A stretch of DNA of 64,000 bases from Candidatus Multivoradales bacterium. GTDB lineage: Bacteria; Acidobacteriota; Thermoanaerobaculia; Multivoradales; Multivoraceae. The DNA lies in contig CBDCWI010000002.1 in assembly GCA_965223325.1 (NCBI GenBank), positions 3,808,001 through 3,872,000 on the forward strand. Direction: 5' to 3'. The notes beneath the pieces were generated by a model. The model ran no database searches. It saw only the letters and a list, made by a program, of their open reading frames with translations, and had not been told where the DNA came from. Positions 26,318 to 36,918 of the stretch are shown piece by piece; within the stretch, counting starts at the first letter, position 1, and the number at the start of each line of letters is the position of its first letter. A program made the translations under genes and the position numbers.

Positions 26318-28008
26318 GAGACGGAGACCTCGGCATAGGGAAGTGCCTGCGGAGCGACCGGAGATGGCAGTGCGACCTCGACCACGGTGCCGGACCCCTG
26401 TTCGCTCCTGACGGATATTCGACCCCCGTGTTCTTCAACGATGCGGTAGACGATAGCCATTCCAATTCCAGTGCCGCCGTCGAAGAAGGTGCGGAACGGG
26501 TGAAAGAGGTTGCTTCGCTCCTTCTCGGACATGCCGCGGCCGTCGTCGCGAAAACGGATGATGTAGTCGCCGTCGTCGAGCGTTCCCTCGACCTCGAGCG
26601 TTCCTCCGTTGGGCATCGCACGGATCGAGTTGCGGGTCAGGTTCCAGAAGATCTGTGTGATCTGGTCTGGATCACCGACCACGTGGGCGCTCGGCGTGTC
26701 CAGCGTGATCGTGATGGCGTGCCGGTCGGTGACCTCTTCGCTGTTCTTGAGCAGGGTGACGTTCTCGGTGAGCAACTTGGCGATGTCGAATTGCACAGCC
26801 GAGCGGTCTTTGGGGCGCGCGAACTGCAAGAAGCCCTTGATCGTGCGGTCGAGACGGCGGCTCTCCTGGAGGATGATGTCGAGCAGTTTGGCGTCGGAGC
26901 CGTCGTTGCGGTTGCTGCTCTGGCGACGGTTGAGCATCTGCACCGAGCCCGAGATTGCCGCTAAGGGGTTGCCGATCTCGTGTGCGATGCCAGCGGCCAG
27001 CTCACCGACTGCCGCCATTCGGTCCTTCATCTGGACCTCCTCCTGCAGCTCGCGCCAGCTGGTCAGGTCCTGGAAGATGACGATGGTTCCGCGCCGTTCG
27101 CCGGCGGGGTTGAGCAGGTCGTTGACCGAGTAGCCGACCCATAGCGAGTCGTTCTCGCGCTCGACCAGCCCTTCGTCGCGCACTCGTTCTTGACGGTTGG
27201 AGGTCAGGTGCTCCCAACGTTCGCGCGACATGAGGCCGGAGTCTTCGACGCGCAGGCCAACCAGGGTCGCCTCGTTGCGCCCCAGGATCTCAGCGGCCGC
27301 TCGATTGGCGCTCACGATCGTGCCTTCGAGATCTGTGGTGAGGATGCCGCTGGCGATCGATTCGATGACGTCGCGGTGAAGCACCTCGAGCTGCTCGAGG
27401 TGAGTCGCCGTTTGCACCAGCTCTTCGCGCACCCGGGTGATGTCGCGCGCCAGGTGCGACGTGAGGACCGCCACGCCGGCAAAGCCCAGGAGGTGTGAGA
27501 AGAGGTTGTAGACCAGCAGGTTGAACGGTGTTGGTTCGGCGGTGGCGCCGAGTGGCCCAGGTGGCGGCGGGATGAGCCCGTAGAAAAGGCCGACCAGCAG
27601 TCCTGCGTAGAGCAGCCAGGCGATGAGCGCGATATCCATTGCCGCACGCCGGCGCAAGAGCGATGCGGCGACACTGATGACGACCAGATAGAGGATCGAG
27701 AATGGACTCGACACCCCGCCCTCGGCCCACACCAGTCCGGTGATGAACAAGAGGTCACCGAGAAACTGAATGTAGGCCTGGAGCTTGAGTCGGTCATCGA
27801 GGACTTTTAGAAGAGCAACATAGAGAAGGGACGCGCCGTAGACTCCTGCCGCCAAGGGGTAGAACAGCGGCATGCTCACTTCCGACTCCTCCGAGAGCCG
27901 GATGACCTGCAATAGGAAGTACAGCAGGAAGCCGCTCGTCACCACCGCAAGGCGGATCCCGATGAGCCACTTGAGCTGGCTGGCGAGTGGGTTCAAGCGT
28001 TGCTGCAT
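26314..28008 (-). CDS. pilS: PAS sensor histidine kinase (PilS-like)
   Basis: TM N-terminus, PAS, AHEIGNPL H-box, GTGIG. Confidence 0.85.
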   Translation of the reverse strand: MQQRLNPLASQLKWLIGIRLAVVTSGFLLYFLLQVIRLSEESEVSMPLFYPLAAGVYGASLLYVALLKVLDDRLKLQAYIQFLGDLLFITGLVWAEGGVSSPFSILYLVVISVAASLLRRRAAMDIALIAWLLYAGLLVGLFYGLIPPPPGPLGATAEPTPFNLLVYNLFSHLLGFAGVAVLTSHLARDITRVREELVQTATHLEQLEVLHRDVIESIASGILTTDLEGTIVSANRAAAEILGRNEATLVGLRVEDSGLMSRERWEHLTSNRQERVRDEGLVERENDSLWVGYSVNDLLNPAGERRGTIVIFQDLTSWRELQEEVQMKDRMAAVGELAAGIAHEIGNPLAAISGSVQMLNRRQSSNRNDGSDAKLLDIILQESRRLDRTIKGFLQFARPKDRSAVQFDIAKLLTENVTLLKNSEEVTDRHAITITLDTPSAHVVGDPDQITQIFWNLTRNSIRAMPNGGTLEVEGTLDDGDYIIRFRDDGRGMSEKERSNLFHPFRTFFDGGTGIGMAIVYRIVEEHGGRISVRSEQGSGTVVEVALPSPVAPQALPYAEVSVS

Positions 28009-28073
28009 TGCACCCTTTGTACGGTTGCGACGGACCCCGAGGCCGGTTGGCCTCGGGATCGAAAGCGGGGGGC

Positions 28074-29279
28074 CTAACCGATCTTCTGGAGAATCGAGTA
28101 CATGGGCATGTACATCGCGGTAACGATCGTGCCGATGACTCCACCGAGCACGGTGATCATGATCGGTTCGAGTAGTTTCATCAGACCGTCGACGGCGGTG
28201 TCGACTTCGTCTTCGTAGAAGTCGGCGATCTTCGAGAGCATGGCGTCGAGCGCACCGGTCTGCTCACCGACGTTGATCATCTGGCAGACCATCGGTGGAA
28301 AGATGCCGCTCTCGGCCAGCGGATCACTGATCGTCTTACCTTCTTCGACCTGTTTGCGAACACCCATGATGGCGTCTTCGACGACCTTGTTACCGGAGGT
28401 CTTGGCGGTGATCTCGAGGCCATCGAGGATCGGAACACCGGAAGACGTGAGCGTCGCGAGCGTGCGGCAGAAACGAGCCACCGCGATCTTGAGCAGCAGC
28501 ATGCCGATGACTGGCACCTTGAGCAGAAGCGTGTCGGTGATCTTGCGACCCGAGTCCGTAGTCCGCCACTGCTTGATACCGAAGATGATGCCGCCGATAG
28601 CGAGGAACATCCAAATCGCGTAGCGACCGAGGAAGTTGCTCGCTCCGATGACCATACGGGTCAAGAACGGCAACTCACCGCCCAGGCCAGAGAACATCGA
28701 GGCGAAGACCGGAATGACCTTCCACAGGATGATGAAGACAACGCCACTCGCGATGACGATGATCGCGACCGGATACATCATGGCCGACTGGACCTGGTTG
28801 CGCAGTTTGACGACCTTTTCGATGTAGGTCGACAGGCGCTGCAGGATGACGTCGAGGATACCGCCGGCCTCACCGGCGGCGATCATGTTGACGTACAGGT
28901 TGTCGAACGCCTTGGGGTACTTCTTCATTGCGTCGGCAAGCGAAAGGCCCTGTTCAACCTCGCCCCGCACGCCGGTGATGATCTCGGAGAACGCCTTGTT
29001 CTCGCCGGAGTTGCCGAGGATCTCGAGGCACTGGACGAGGGGTAGACCCGCGTCGAGCATGACCGAGAACTGGCGCGTGAAGACCGCCAGGTCCTTCTGT
29101 GAGACCCTGCGTGGCATGCGCGGCATGAGCTTGATCTCGCCGCCTTGCTTCTTGACCGACGAGACTTGAATCTGCTGGCGCTTCAAAGCCGCGATCGCGG
29201 CGTCGCGATTGTCCGCGGTCAGAACACCTTCCTGGACCTGGCCAGTGCGGTTCTTTCCCTTCCAAGTAAAACTGGGCAT
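28074..29279 (-). CDS. pilC: Type IV pilus inner-membrane platform protein
   Basis: FTRQFSVMLDAGLPL, AGEAGG, GEQTGAL. Confidence 0.95.
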   Translation of the reverse strand: MPSFTWKGKNRTGQVQEGVLTADNRDAAIAALKRQQIQVSSVKKQGGEIKLMPRMPRRVSQKDLAVFTRQFSVMLDAGLPLVQCLEILGNSGENKAFSEIITGVRGEVEQGLSLADAMKKYPKAFDNLYVNMIAAGEAGGILDVILQRLSTYIEKVVKLRNQVQSAMMYPVAIIVIASGVVFIILWKVIPVFASMFSGLGGELPFLTRMVIGASNFLGRYAIWMFLAIGGIIFGIKQWRTTDSGRKITDTLLLKVPVIGMLLLKIAVARFCRTLATLTSSGVPILDGLEITAKTSGNKVVEDAIMGVRKQVEEGKTISDPLAESGIFPPMVCQMINVGEQTGALDAMLSKIADFYEDEVDTAVDGLMKLLEPIMITVLGGVIGTIVTAMYMPMYSILQKIG

Positions 29280-29285
29280 CTGTTT

Positions 29286-30395
29286 CTACCTCCGGGCTGC
29301 CGCTTCGGGCGACATACCGATTGCCGCGGGACCGCGACTGATGATTTCCTGAAGTTCGTCGGGCATAGAAGAACGCGCCACCGCCATCTGCAAGGTGATC
29401 TGGCGCTTGAAATAGAGAGTCGCGAGCGACTGGTTGAAAGTGATCATTCCGTGCTTCGCCTGACCCGACTGCATCATGCCGTAGATCTGGTGCACCTTGT
29501 CCTCGCGGATGAGGTTGCGAATCGCCGAGTTCGGGATCAGAACCTCCATTGCCATGGCGCGACCCTTACCGCTCGCTTTGGGCAGCAGGCTCTGACAGAC
29601 GATGCCTTCGAGAACGAAGGAGAGCTGGGTGCGGACCTGCGACTGTTGATGAGCAGGGAAAACGTCGATGATGCGGTTGATCGACTGGGCGGCCGAGTTC
29701 GTGTGCAGGGTGGCGAAGGTGAGATGGCCGGTTTCGGCAATGCGCAGTGCGGACTCGACGGTTTCGTAGTCGCGCAGCTCACCGATGAGAACGACGTCGG
29801 GATCCTGGCGCAGAGCTGAACGCAGGGCATTGGCGAAACCGTGAGTGTCGGCTCCGAGCTCGCGCTGGTTGATCAGGCACGCCTTGTGGTCGTGCAGGTA
29901 CTCAACCGGATCTTCGATGGTGATGATGTGCTCGTTGCGTTCGCGGTTGATCTTGTCGACCATGGCCGCGAGAGTCGTCGACTTACCCGAACCAGTCGGG
30001 CCACACACCAGGACGAGGCCGCGCGGCTTCTCGCAGATCTTCTCGATGACCGCCGGCAGACCGAGCTGGTTGAAGCTCAGGATCTCGTACGGAATCTGTC
30101 GGAAGACAGCAGCGATCGCGCCACGTTGGTGGAACACGTTGGCACGGAAGCGCGCCATGCCCCGAATCCCGAACGAGAAGTCGATCTCGAGGTCTTCCTC
30201 GAGACGATGCTTCTGGTTGTCGGTCAGGATCGAGTAAGCGATCTGCTTGGTCTCAGTCGGCGTCAGCGGCGGCACGTTGAGAGCGCGCAACTTGCCGTCG
30301 ACCCGGATCTGGGGAGCGGAGTTGATGGTCAAGTGAAGGTCAGAACCCTTCTGCTCGACCATGGTCTTCAGTAGTGCATTTAGACTCGGCGGCAT
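29286..30395 (-). CDS. pilT: Type IV pilus retraction ATPase
   Basis: GPTGSGKSTT, TIEDPVE, LRQDPD, AIRNLIRE. Confidence 0.96.
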   Translation of the reverse strand: MPPSLNALLKTMVEQKGSDLHLTINSAPQIRVDGKLRALNVPPLTPTETKQIAYSILTDNQKHRLEEDLEIDFSFGIRGMARFRANVFHQRGAIAAVFRQIPYEILSFNQLGLPAVIEKICEKPRGLVLVCGPTGSGKSTTLAAMVDKINRERNEHIITIEDPVEYLHDHKACLINQRELGADTHGFANALRSALRQDPDVVLIGELRDYETVESALRIAETGHLTFATLHTNSAAQSINRIIDVFPAHQQSQVRTQLSFVLEGIVCQSLLPKASGKGRAMAMEVLIPNSAIRNLIREDKVHQIYGMMQSGQAKHGMITFNQSLATLYFKRQITLQMAVARSSMPDELQEIISRGPAAIGMSPEAAARR

Positions 30396-30615
30396 ATGGA
30401 ACCTCTCCTTGAGACCTGGCCTGGTCTGTTCTCGAGGCGTCGGCGAGTCTACCGGAAGAAAGCGCCTATGAAAAGTGGTGAAGCTAGCAAATCGTTGCTA
30501 ATTGTTGGTTCCGGCTGACGCAAAACGTCAAGGATGACAGGCGGTGTCAGCGTTCTGTACCGGCCAATGTGCGGCTAAATGCTGCCAACCCTTGGGGTTT
30601 CGGGGTTGGCCCGTG

Positions 30616-31236
30616 CTAGCCCTCGGCGGCCTGGGGCGCCCCGTCGATGGCCCCCGACGTCTCGATTCGCGCCATCACGTCCAGCAGTTCGGTGACGCGT
30701 GCGGACGAGTCGTCACCCGCCGGGTAGCGGTAGCTGAGAACCAGCTGGCGGTTGTCGGCTGGGTGAATCGCAAAGATCCGAGTCTCTTCCACCCGCTGGC
30801 CGTCGAGGTCGTACTGCCCACGCCCGTAGGCGGCTTCGCCGAGGTGGGCGATCAGCTTGTTGGCGCCCGAGAAGGAGCCACCGGGTTCGGCGAGAAAGAG
30901 ATCCTTCTGAGCATTGGCCAGCGCGACGACGTCGATTCCGAACTCGGAGGGTTCGCCGACTTCGAACCACAGTCGACCGGAACGCTCGTCGGCCGGGGCG
31001 AGGACCAGCTCGCTTCCCTGATTGGTTTCGACACGCAGGGTTTCGGGGACCGAGGCGAGATGAAGATTGAGAGCCTGGTTGACCAGCACCTCTTCGGCCG
31101 CCGGCTCTCGTCCGTCGCCCGGCTGGCAGGCCGCCAGGAGGAGCAATGTCAAAGCGAGCGGTGCCAAAACGAGAGCAGCCGAGGCGGTAGGTGGCTCGGT
31201 CGAACGAAACGTCGGGCCAACTGAGAAGAACGACAT
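30616..31236 (-). CDS. Putative lipoprotein
   Basis: LLLLAAC lipobox; start uncertain. Confidence 0.65.
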   Translation of the reverse strand: MSFFSVGPTFRSTEPPTASAALVLAPLALTLLLLAACQPGDGREPAAEEVLVNQALNLHLASVPETLRVETNQGSELVLAPADERSGRLWFEVGEPSEFGIDVVALANAQKDLFLAEPGGSFSGANKLIAHLGEAAYGRGQYDLDGQRVEETRIFAIHPADNRQLVLSYRYPAGDDSSARVTELLDVMARIETSGAIDGAPQAAEG

Positions 31237-31464
31237 GCAAGGACCTCCTGACGACGGTACCTCGAAGCAGTGAACTCCAGGTCGCGACACATCACCGGTT
31301 CGAGGGCTGGGTGAGGTAGCTTTCGAACTCGTGGCGTGGACCAGGAAACGCGGAACGTTGCCCAACTATAATCACCGTTCTCTTTCTTCGTCCCGCGGTG
31401 CACATTGAGAGACGGACGGTCCGAAACCGCTCTCGCTGAGCGCCGTACGAACCGGAGGTCCAGC

Positions 31465-32886
31465 ATGACCACGATTCCCGTCGATCGCACTCCTCTCCAC
31501 CGATCTGGTCTGAACCGATCTGGCGCAAAGCGCGCCGTCCAGCACCACGTCGCAAGGGTGCTGAACCTCGTCCCTGACTCTGCCCAGGATCTGATCGGCA
31601 CATCGGTCGACGAGGCGCGCGAGATCTTGCGGCGCTCATGGCTGGGTGATCCCAAGGAGCCGATGGCCCTGCACGGTTCCTTTGCCTTGGTCGCAGAGGT
31701 GCGCGAGAAGGTTCTCCTGGCGCGCTCGCTCGATCGCCCGCTGCGCTACTTCCTGGCCAAAGAAGCGGACGGTCCGCTGTTGATCGTCGCCGAGCGCATC
31801 GCCGACATCGAGCGCGCCCTGGCGGAGCATGGCTACCAGGACCAGTTTCACCCGTCGTACACCCGCATGGTGCCGGCGCACCACACGACGGTTCTGCGGC
31901 TGATCGGTTGTCCCGACCCGCAGCCCCTCGCCCGTCGCTTCTTCGACCCACCGATGGCCGTCCTGCCGCCCGACCTCGACCTCATCGGCGAGCGCTACGT
32001 TCGTGCGCTCTGCGCTGTCACCCGAGAGTGGTTGGCGGCCCAGGACGAAGTACAGCCCATTGGTGTTTGTTTTTCGGGCGGCATCGACAGCGGTGCGGTC
32101 CTCATGGCGCTCCATCACGAACTCTTGGAGAGCGGGCAGACCGCGCAACGCCTCAAGGCCTTCACGCTGCGGGTACATGGCGAAGACGGCACTGCCGGCA
32201 CCGACGCGGAACAGGCGCTCGCGTTCCTCCGCCACGTCGATCTCGAGATGCTCGCCGAGGTGATCGATGTCGATGCCGCGACCCTTGACCCCTACCGCGC
32301 GATCGATGTGATCGAAGACTACAAACCGCTCGATGTCGAGTGCGCCACCGTGTCGATGGCGCTGCTCGAAGAGATCCGCAACCGTTATCCCGAATGGCGC
32401 CTACTGGTCGACGGCGACGGGGGTGACGAGAACCTCAAGGACTACCCCATCGAAGAAAACTCGGAGCTCACTATTCGGTCGGTGGTCGGCAACCGCATGC
32501 TCTACCAGGAAGGGTGGGGGGTCGAAGCGGTGAAACACTCCTTGACGTATTCAGGCGGCATGAGTCGCGGCATGGTGCGCACCTGGGGCCCCCAACGCCA
32601 CTTCGGCTTCCGTGGCTTCAGTCCCTTCACTCGGCCGCAGGTCATCGAAGTGGCCGAGGCGATTCCCTTCGATGCGCTCTCTGAGGGCTCGCACGAGCGT
32701 CTCTACGCCCTCAAAGGTGAAGTCATCCGTCGCGGCATGAAACGAGTTCTGGAGGTGGACTTTCCGGTCTACGAGAAGCGCCGCTTTCAACACGGTGCCC
32801 CCTCCGAGGGCGTGTTCGCCGAGGTGTTCGACGTCCCGCCCGAGACCTACCGGCGCTACTGGTTAGACGCGAAGCGTCCGGCTTGA
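31465..32886 (+). CDS. Asparagine-synthase-like ATP pyrophosphatase
   Basis: GGAGG RBS; FSGGIDS PP-loop; DGDGGDE; no N-terminal Cys. Confidence 0.85.
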   Translation: MTTIPVDRTPLHRSGLNRSGAKRAVQHHVARVLNLVPDSAQDLIGTSVDEAREILRRSWLGDPKEPMALHGSFALVAEVREKVLLARSLDRPLRYFLAKEADGPLLIVAERIADIERALAEHGYQDQFHPSYTRMVPAHHTTVLRLIGCPDPQPLARRFFDPPMAVLPPDLDLIGERYVRALCAVTREWLAAQDEVQPIGVCFSGGIDSGAVLMALHHELLESGQTAQRLKAFTLRVHGEDGTAGTDAEQALAFLRHVDLEMLAEVIDVDAATLDPYRAIDVIEDYKPLDVECATVSMALLEEIRNRYPEWRLLVDGDGGDENLKDYPIEENSELTIRSVVGNRMLYQEGWGVEAVKHSLTYSGGMSRGMVRTWGPQRHFGFRGFSPFTRPQVIEVAEAIPFDALSEGSHERLYALKGEVIRRGMKRVLEVDFPVYEKRRFQHGAPSEGVFAEVFDVPPETYRRYWLDAKRPA

Positions 32887-33743
32887 CCACCGCCGAGCCA
32901 GGCAAGGTGGGCCGGCAAGCGCCCCTCGACGTCAAGTTCGAGTTCGAGAGGCAGCCGGAGGGAGCCGGCGAGGCGCCGGTGATGACGGTTTTCCTTGCCG
33001 GCGCGCGCTGCCCGCTGGCTTGCACCTACTGCGACCTCGAGCAGTACACGGTTGACCGGCCGACACCGCGGGGCTCGCTGCCGGCGCAGCTCGAGAACGC
33101 TTTGAGTCTCCACCGTGCCCGCCAGAGCTCCTTTGGTCTGCCGGCCGATACAGCAGTCAAGCTCTACAACGCCAGCAACTTCTTCGAGGCGCGGGCCGTG
33201 CCGGCGGGCGATGACGAAGAAATGCTGCGTCAGCTCGAGGGCTATCGACAGGCGATCGTCGAGTGCCATCCGAAGATGATTGGCGAGCGGGCGATCTCGG
33301 TGATCGCGGGTTCGCCGGTTCCGGTGCAGGTTGCGATGGGTCTCGAAACGAGTGATGCCGACCTTCTCCGCCGGCTCGACAAACGTGCCCGCCCCGAGGA
33401 CTTCAGAGCGGCAGCTGAACACCTTCACGCTGCGGGTGCCTCGCTGCGCGTGTTTCTCCTGGTAGGGCTGCCGGCCGCTTCGCGCGAGGAGATGACCGCA
33501 GGAGTGATGCGCTCGGTCGACTACGCGCTCGATCTCGGTGCCGAGGTAATTTCGTTGATTCCCTTACGGCCAACGACCGAAGCCATGCGTGCTGCGAGAA
33601 GAGCGGGTGAATTGCCACCGGTTGATCGGGGGCTACTCGACGAGCTCAGTGAGCAGGCCGCGGGGCGGGCCAAGGCGACGGGCGCGGTGGTGCTGGTCGA
33701 TCCCTGGGATCTCGATGAGGCGGCCGAAGGCGCCGATGCCTGA
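32883..33743 (+). CDS. Radical SAM protein (RaSEA/Elp3-like)
   Basis: CPLACTYC, KLYNASNFF, VAMGLET. Confidence 0.88.
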   Translation: MTTAEPGKVGRQAPLDVKFEFERQPEGAGEAPVMTVFLAGARCPLACTYCDLEQYTVDRPTPRGSLPAQLENALSLHRARQSSFGLPADTAVKLYNASNFFEARAVPAGDDEEMLRQLEGYRQAIVECHPKMIGERAISVIAGSPVPVQVAMGLETSDADLLRRLDKRARPEDFRAAAEHLHAAGASLRVFLLVGLPAASREEMTAGVMRSVDYALDLGAEVISLIPLRPTTEAMRAARRAGELPPVDRGLLDELSEQAAGRAKATGAVVLVDPWDLDEAAEGADA

Positions 33744-33751
33744 AGAAGCGC

Positions 33752-35365
33752 ATGCCCAAAGAGAAACAATGTGACGTAGCGATCGTGGGGGCCGGCTTCG
33801 CCGGGTCGCTCTTGGCGCGCCTGCTCGCGATCCAGGGGCGTGCTGTGGTGCTCATCGACTCCTCTACCACGATCTCTTCGGGCTTGAAGCTCGCTCTCGG
33901 TGAGTCGACGACTCCGCTCGCCAACCTGGCGCTCGAACGGCTCGCGCGGCGCTATGGCCAGGAAGACCTCTGGGACCTGGCAACCTACGGGCGGTGGAAG
34001 AAGCGACTGGCCCATCTCGGGGTTGGGCGCAAGCGCGGCTTCACCTTCTATTCGCACCGCGCCCAAGAGGACTGGCGCGCGGGTGTCGATGGGCGGTTGC
34101 TGGTTGCCGCGTCACCTGACGACGAGTCGTCAGATACCCAGTGGTGGAGGGCTGACGTCGACCGACACCTCTTCGAGCAGGCAGTCATCGCTGGAGTGCA
34201 CTCGATTGAGGGCACTCGCCTGCACTCGATCGAACCCTCGAAGTCTCGAGGCGAGGTCGCTAGTTCGCGGCTTATCCTCGAACGCGACGGGAGGGCGGTT
34301 CCGCCGGTTGCAGCACGGATCGTTGTCGATGCGAGCGGTGGTTCCGCTGCAGTCGCACGTCGCCTGGGAGCGGCGAGCCGAAACGTCGCCTCGCCGCCAA
34401 CCCGCCTCCATGCTGGCTGGTTCGAAGGAGTCTTGCCGTTCGAAGAGGCAGTTGCGACCGGTCGCCTGCCGACAGACCCTTACCGTGAAAGCGAAGCCGC
34501 GGTCCATCATCTGACGCCGATGGGTTGGTGCTACAGCTTGCGCTTCGATCACGGCGTCACCAGTGCCGGGTTCGTTGCGCGCTCGCCGGCCGCAGAGACT
34601 GCGGCTGCCAATGCATCTGCTTCGAGCGGGGTCGAGGAGTTCACGCGGAACCTGAGCCCCTACCCGTCCCTTCGTTCTTGTTTCCAGGGCGCGCGCGCGC
34701 TGGCGCCCCTCGTCTTGAGCAATGCTGTACCGCGACGCTTGGACCGCGTGGCGGGTGCCGGCTGGGTCGCCCTGCCGCACGTCTATGCATTCTTCGATCC
34801 GCTCTATTCAACCGGCATCGCATGGAGCCTGCGCGCCGTCGAGCGGCTTGCGTCTCTGCTGGGTGCGGGCGAGCTGTCGACAGACCCGTGTACGTTTGGT
34901 GCGTACGCGCGGTTGCTCGCATGCGAAGCCGACCACCTCGACGAGCTCAACGCCGGTGCGTGGAAGGTGCAGGGTGACTTTGCGCGGTTCGAGCATCACG
35001 CCCTGCTCTACTTCGCGGCCGCCAGCTTCTGTGAGAGCCGCGAACGCCTCGTCGATTTTCGCGGCGCCCAGGGCTGGGCGAAGCGCGGGTTCCTGGGAGC
35101 CGACGACACAGCGATTCGGTTGGCCGTCCGCGAGATGTTCACCGACCCACCGAGAGAGGCACAGGCCTACCGGGAGCGCATCAAGCAGTTGATCGAGCCC
35201 TTCGACGTCGTCGGGTGGCTTGATGCCGACCATCGTCGAGAGGTCTATCCGGCGCTGTTGGAGGCGGTGTTGGAACGCGCCGCGAAGCTCGGCCTGTCGC
35301 CGTCGGAGGCAGCGGCGCGTCGTGGCCGCATGGTGAGTGGTGACCTGATGCTTGAGGCAGAATGA
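33752..35365 (+). CDS. FAD-dependent oxidoreductase, tryptophan-halogenase superfamily
   Basis: GAGFAG, GESTTP, DASG, FFDPLYSTG. Confidence 0.85.
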   Translation: MPKEKQCDVAIVGAGFAGSLLARLLAIQGRAVVLIDSSTTISSGLKLALGESTTPLANLALERLARRYGQEDLWDLATYGRWKKRLAHLGVGRKRGFTFYSHRAQEDWRAGVDGRLLVAASPDDESSDTQWWRADVDRHLFEQAVIAGVHSIEGTRLHSIEPSKSRGEVASSRLILERDGRAVPPVAARIVVDASGGSAAVARRLGAASRNVASPPTRLHAGWFEGVLPFEEAVATGRLPTDPYRESEAAVHHLTPMGWCYSLRFDHGVTSAGFVARSPAAETAAANASASSGVEEFTRNLSPYPSLRSCFQGARALAPLVLSNAVPRRLDRVAGAGWVALPHVYAFFDPLYSTGIAWSLRAVERLASLLGAGELSTDPCTFGAYARLLACEADHLDELNAGAWKVQGDFARFEHHALLYFAAASFCESRERLVDFRGAQGWAKRGFLGADDTAIRLAVREMFTDPPREAQAYRERIKQLIEPFDVVGWLDADHRREVYPALLEAVLERAAKLGLSPSEAAARRGRMVSGDLMLEAE

Positions 35366-36186
35366 GCACCATGCAGAAGAGAAAGTGCCCGGTCCTTCTT
35401 GGACTCTTGGCGCTTCAACTCGTAGCGCTCGCGGTCTCAGGTTGCGGCCCTGGCGACGATTCCACGAGTCCTCTGCCTGAGTTGAGGATCCTGGCGGCTG
35501 CTTCTCTCGCCGACGTCGTGGGCGATCTGGTGGCGGCCTTCGAGTTGGAAAGCGAACGCTTTGCGGCGGAGGTGTCTTTTGCGGGCTCGAATTCTCTTGC
35601 CAGGCAGATCGTGGCCGGAGTTCCGGCCGACGTTTTCCTCTCGGCTGATGAGTTCTGGGCGCAGCACGTTGTCGCCGAAGGAGTCGCCGATTCCACCTCG
35701 CTCGAGCGCTTTGCGGGCAACCGATTGGTGGTCATCACGCCAGCCGAACAGCAGCTCGCCCATGAAGGCTGGCCCGAAGCCCTGCTCGAGGTCGAGCGCC
35801 TGGCACTGGCCGATCCCGAAGGTGTGCCCGCCGGTCGCTACGCACGCGCTTGGCTCGAGTCGCGAGGGCTCTGGGAACAGCTCGCTGAACGGGTCGTGCC
35901 CACGCTCGATGTTCGGGCGGCTCTCTACAGCGTCGCAAGCGGCAGTGTCGACGCCGGTCTTGTCTATGCCACCTCGGTGCGTACGGCTGGCATGTCGACA
36001 GATCGTGTGGCGGTTGTCTATGAGGTCACCGGTGACGCCGTTCCTGAGATCGGCTACTGGAGTGTGTTGGTTGCTGCATCCGGAGCGGGCAGCGACCAAC
36101 GCACGGCGCGGGCCTTTCAGCGCTTTCTCACCTCTCCAACCGGCCGCGACATCTTGAAGCGCCACGGCTTCGAGGGCGGTGTCTAG
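35362..36186 (+). CDS. modA: Molybdate ABC transporter substrate-binding protein
   Basis: AAASL, SFAGS..LARQI, VPAGRYA. Confidence 0.93.
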   Translation: MSTMQKRKCPVLLGLLALQLVALAVSGCGPGDDSTSPLPELRILAAASLADVVGDLVAAFELESERFAAEVSFAGSNSLARQIVAGVPADVFLSADEFWAQHVVAEGVADSTSLERFAGNRLVVITPAEQQLAHEGWPEALLEVERLALADPEGVPAGRYARAWLESRGLWEQLAERVVPTLDVRAALYSVASGSVDAGLVYATSVRTAGMSTDRVAVVYEVTGDAVPEIGYWSVLVAASGAGSDQRTARAFQRFLTSPTGRDILKRHGFEGGV

Positions 36187-36918
36187 GTGGAAGGTACGTC
36201 ACTGCCCGGGTTTTGGCCGGTCCTTGTGCTCACCCTTCAAGTGGCGGCGCTGGCGACCGTGTTGGTTCTGGTGCCGGGCACCGCGCTGGCGTTCGCGCTC
36301 GCCCGTCGTGGTTGGCGAGGTCGCTCAGTGATCGAAGCCCTGGTGAATCTGCCCCTCGTCCTCCCACCGACGGCAACCGGCCTGGCGCTTCTCCTGTTGT
36401 TTTCTCGCCGTGGTCCGTTGGGGAGTTTCCTGCACGGGACTCTGGGGATCGACATCGCGTTCACTTTCTGGGCGGCCGTCCTGGCGGCGGCTGTGGTTGG
36501 GCTGCCACTCTACGTACGTTCCGTGAGAGGTGCGCTCGAGGAGCTCGATCCACGACTGGTGGGGATGGCGCGCTCGCTTGGCCACACACGTCGCTCGGCG
36601 CTCCTTCACGTTGAGCTGCCGCTGGCCTGGCGCGGTCTGGTGGCGGGATCGCTCATCACGTTCACGCGCGCTCTCGGTGAGTTCGGTGCGACGGTCTTGT
36701 TTGCGGGCAACATTCCAGGTCGCACACAGACGATTGCGTTGGCCCTCTTTCAACGCGTCCAGGTTGGTCGGGACCGTGAGGCGCTCATGCTCGCCGGCGT
36801 GGCGGCGCTCGTCGCGTTCGTCGTTCTGCTTATCGCGGAGCGCTTCGAACGCCGCCGCCTGGAGGGGCTCGACGACGGTGCGATCGTCTTTTCTAACCCT
36901 GTGGGAGAGCGGCGATGA
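36187..36918 (+). CDS. modB: Molybdate ABC permease
   Basis: LPLVLPP, RALGEFGAT, GNIPGRTQT. Confidence 0.94.
   Translation: MEGTSLPGFWPVLVLTLQVAALATVLVLVPGTALAFALARRGWRGRSVIEALVNLPLVLPPTATGLALLLLFSRRGPLGSFLHGTLGIDIAFTFWAAVLAAAVVGLPLYVRSVRGALEELDPRLVGMARSLGHTRRSALLHVELPLAWRGLVAGSLITFTRALGEFGATVLFAGNIPGRTQTIALALFQRVQVGRDREALMLAGVAALVAFVVLLIAERFERRRLEGLDDGAIVFSNPVGERR

Noticed and set aside
30481-30510. Sigma-54 promoter upstream of pilT
   Set aside because: TTGC is present but the GG at -24 with correct spacing is not.
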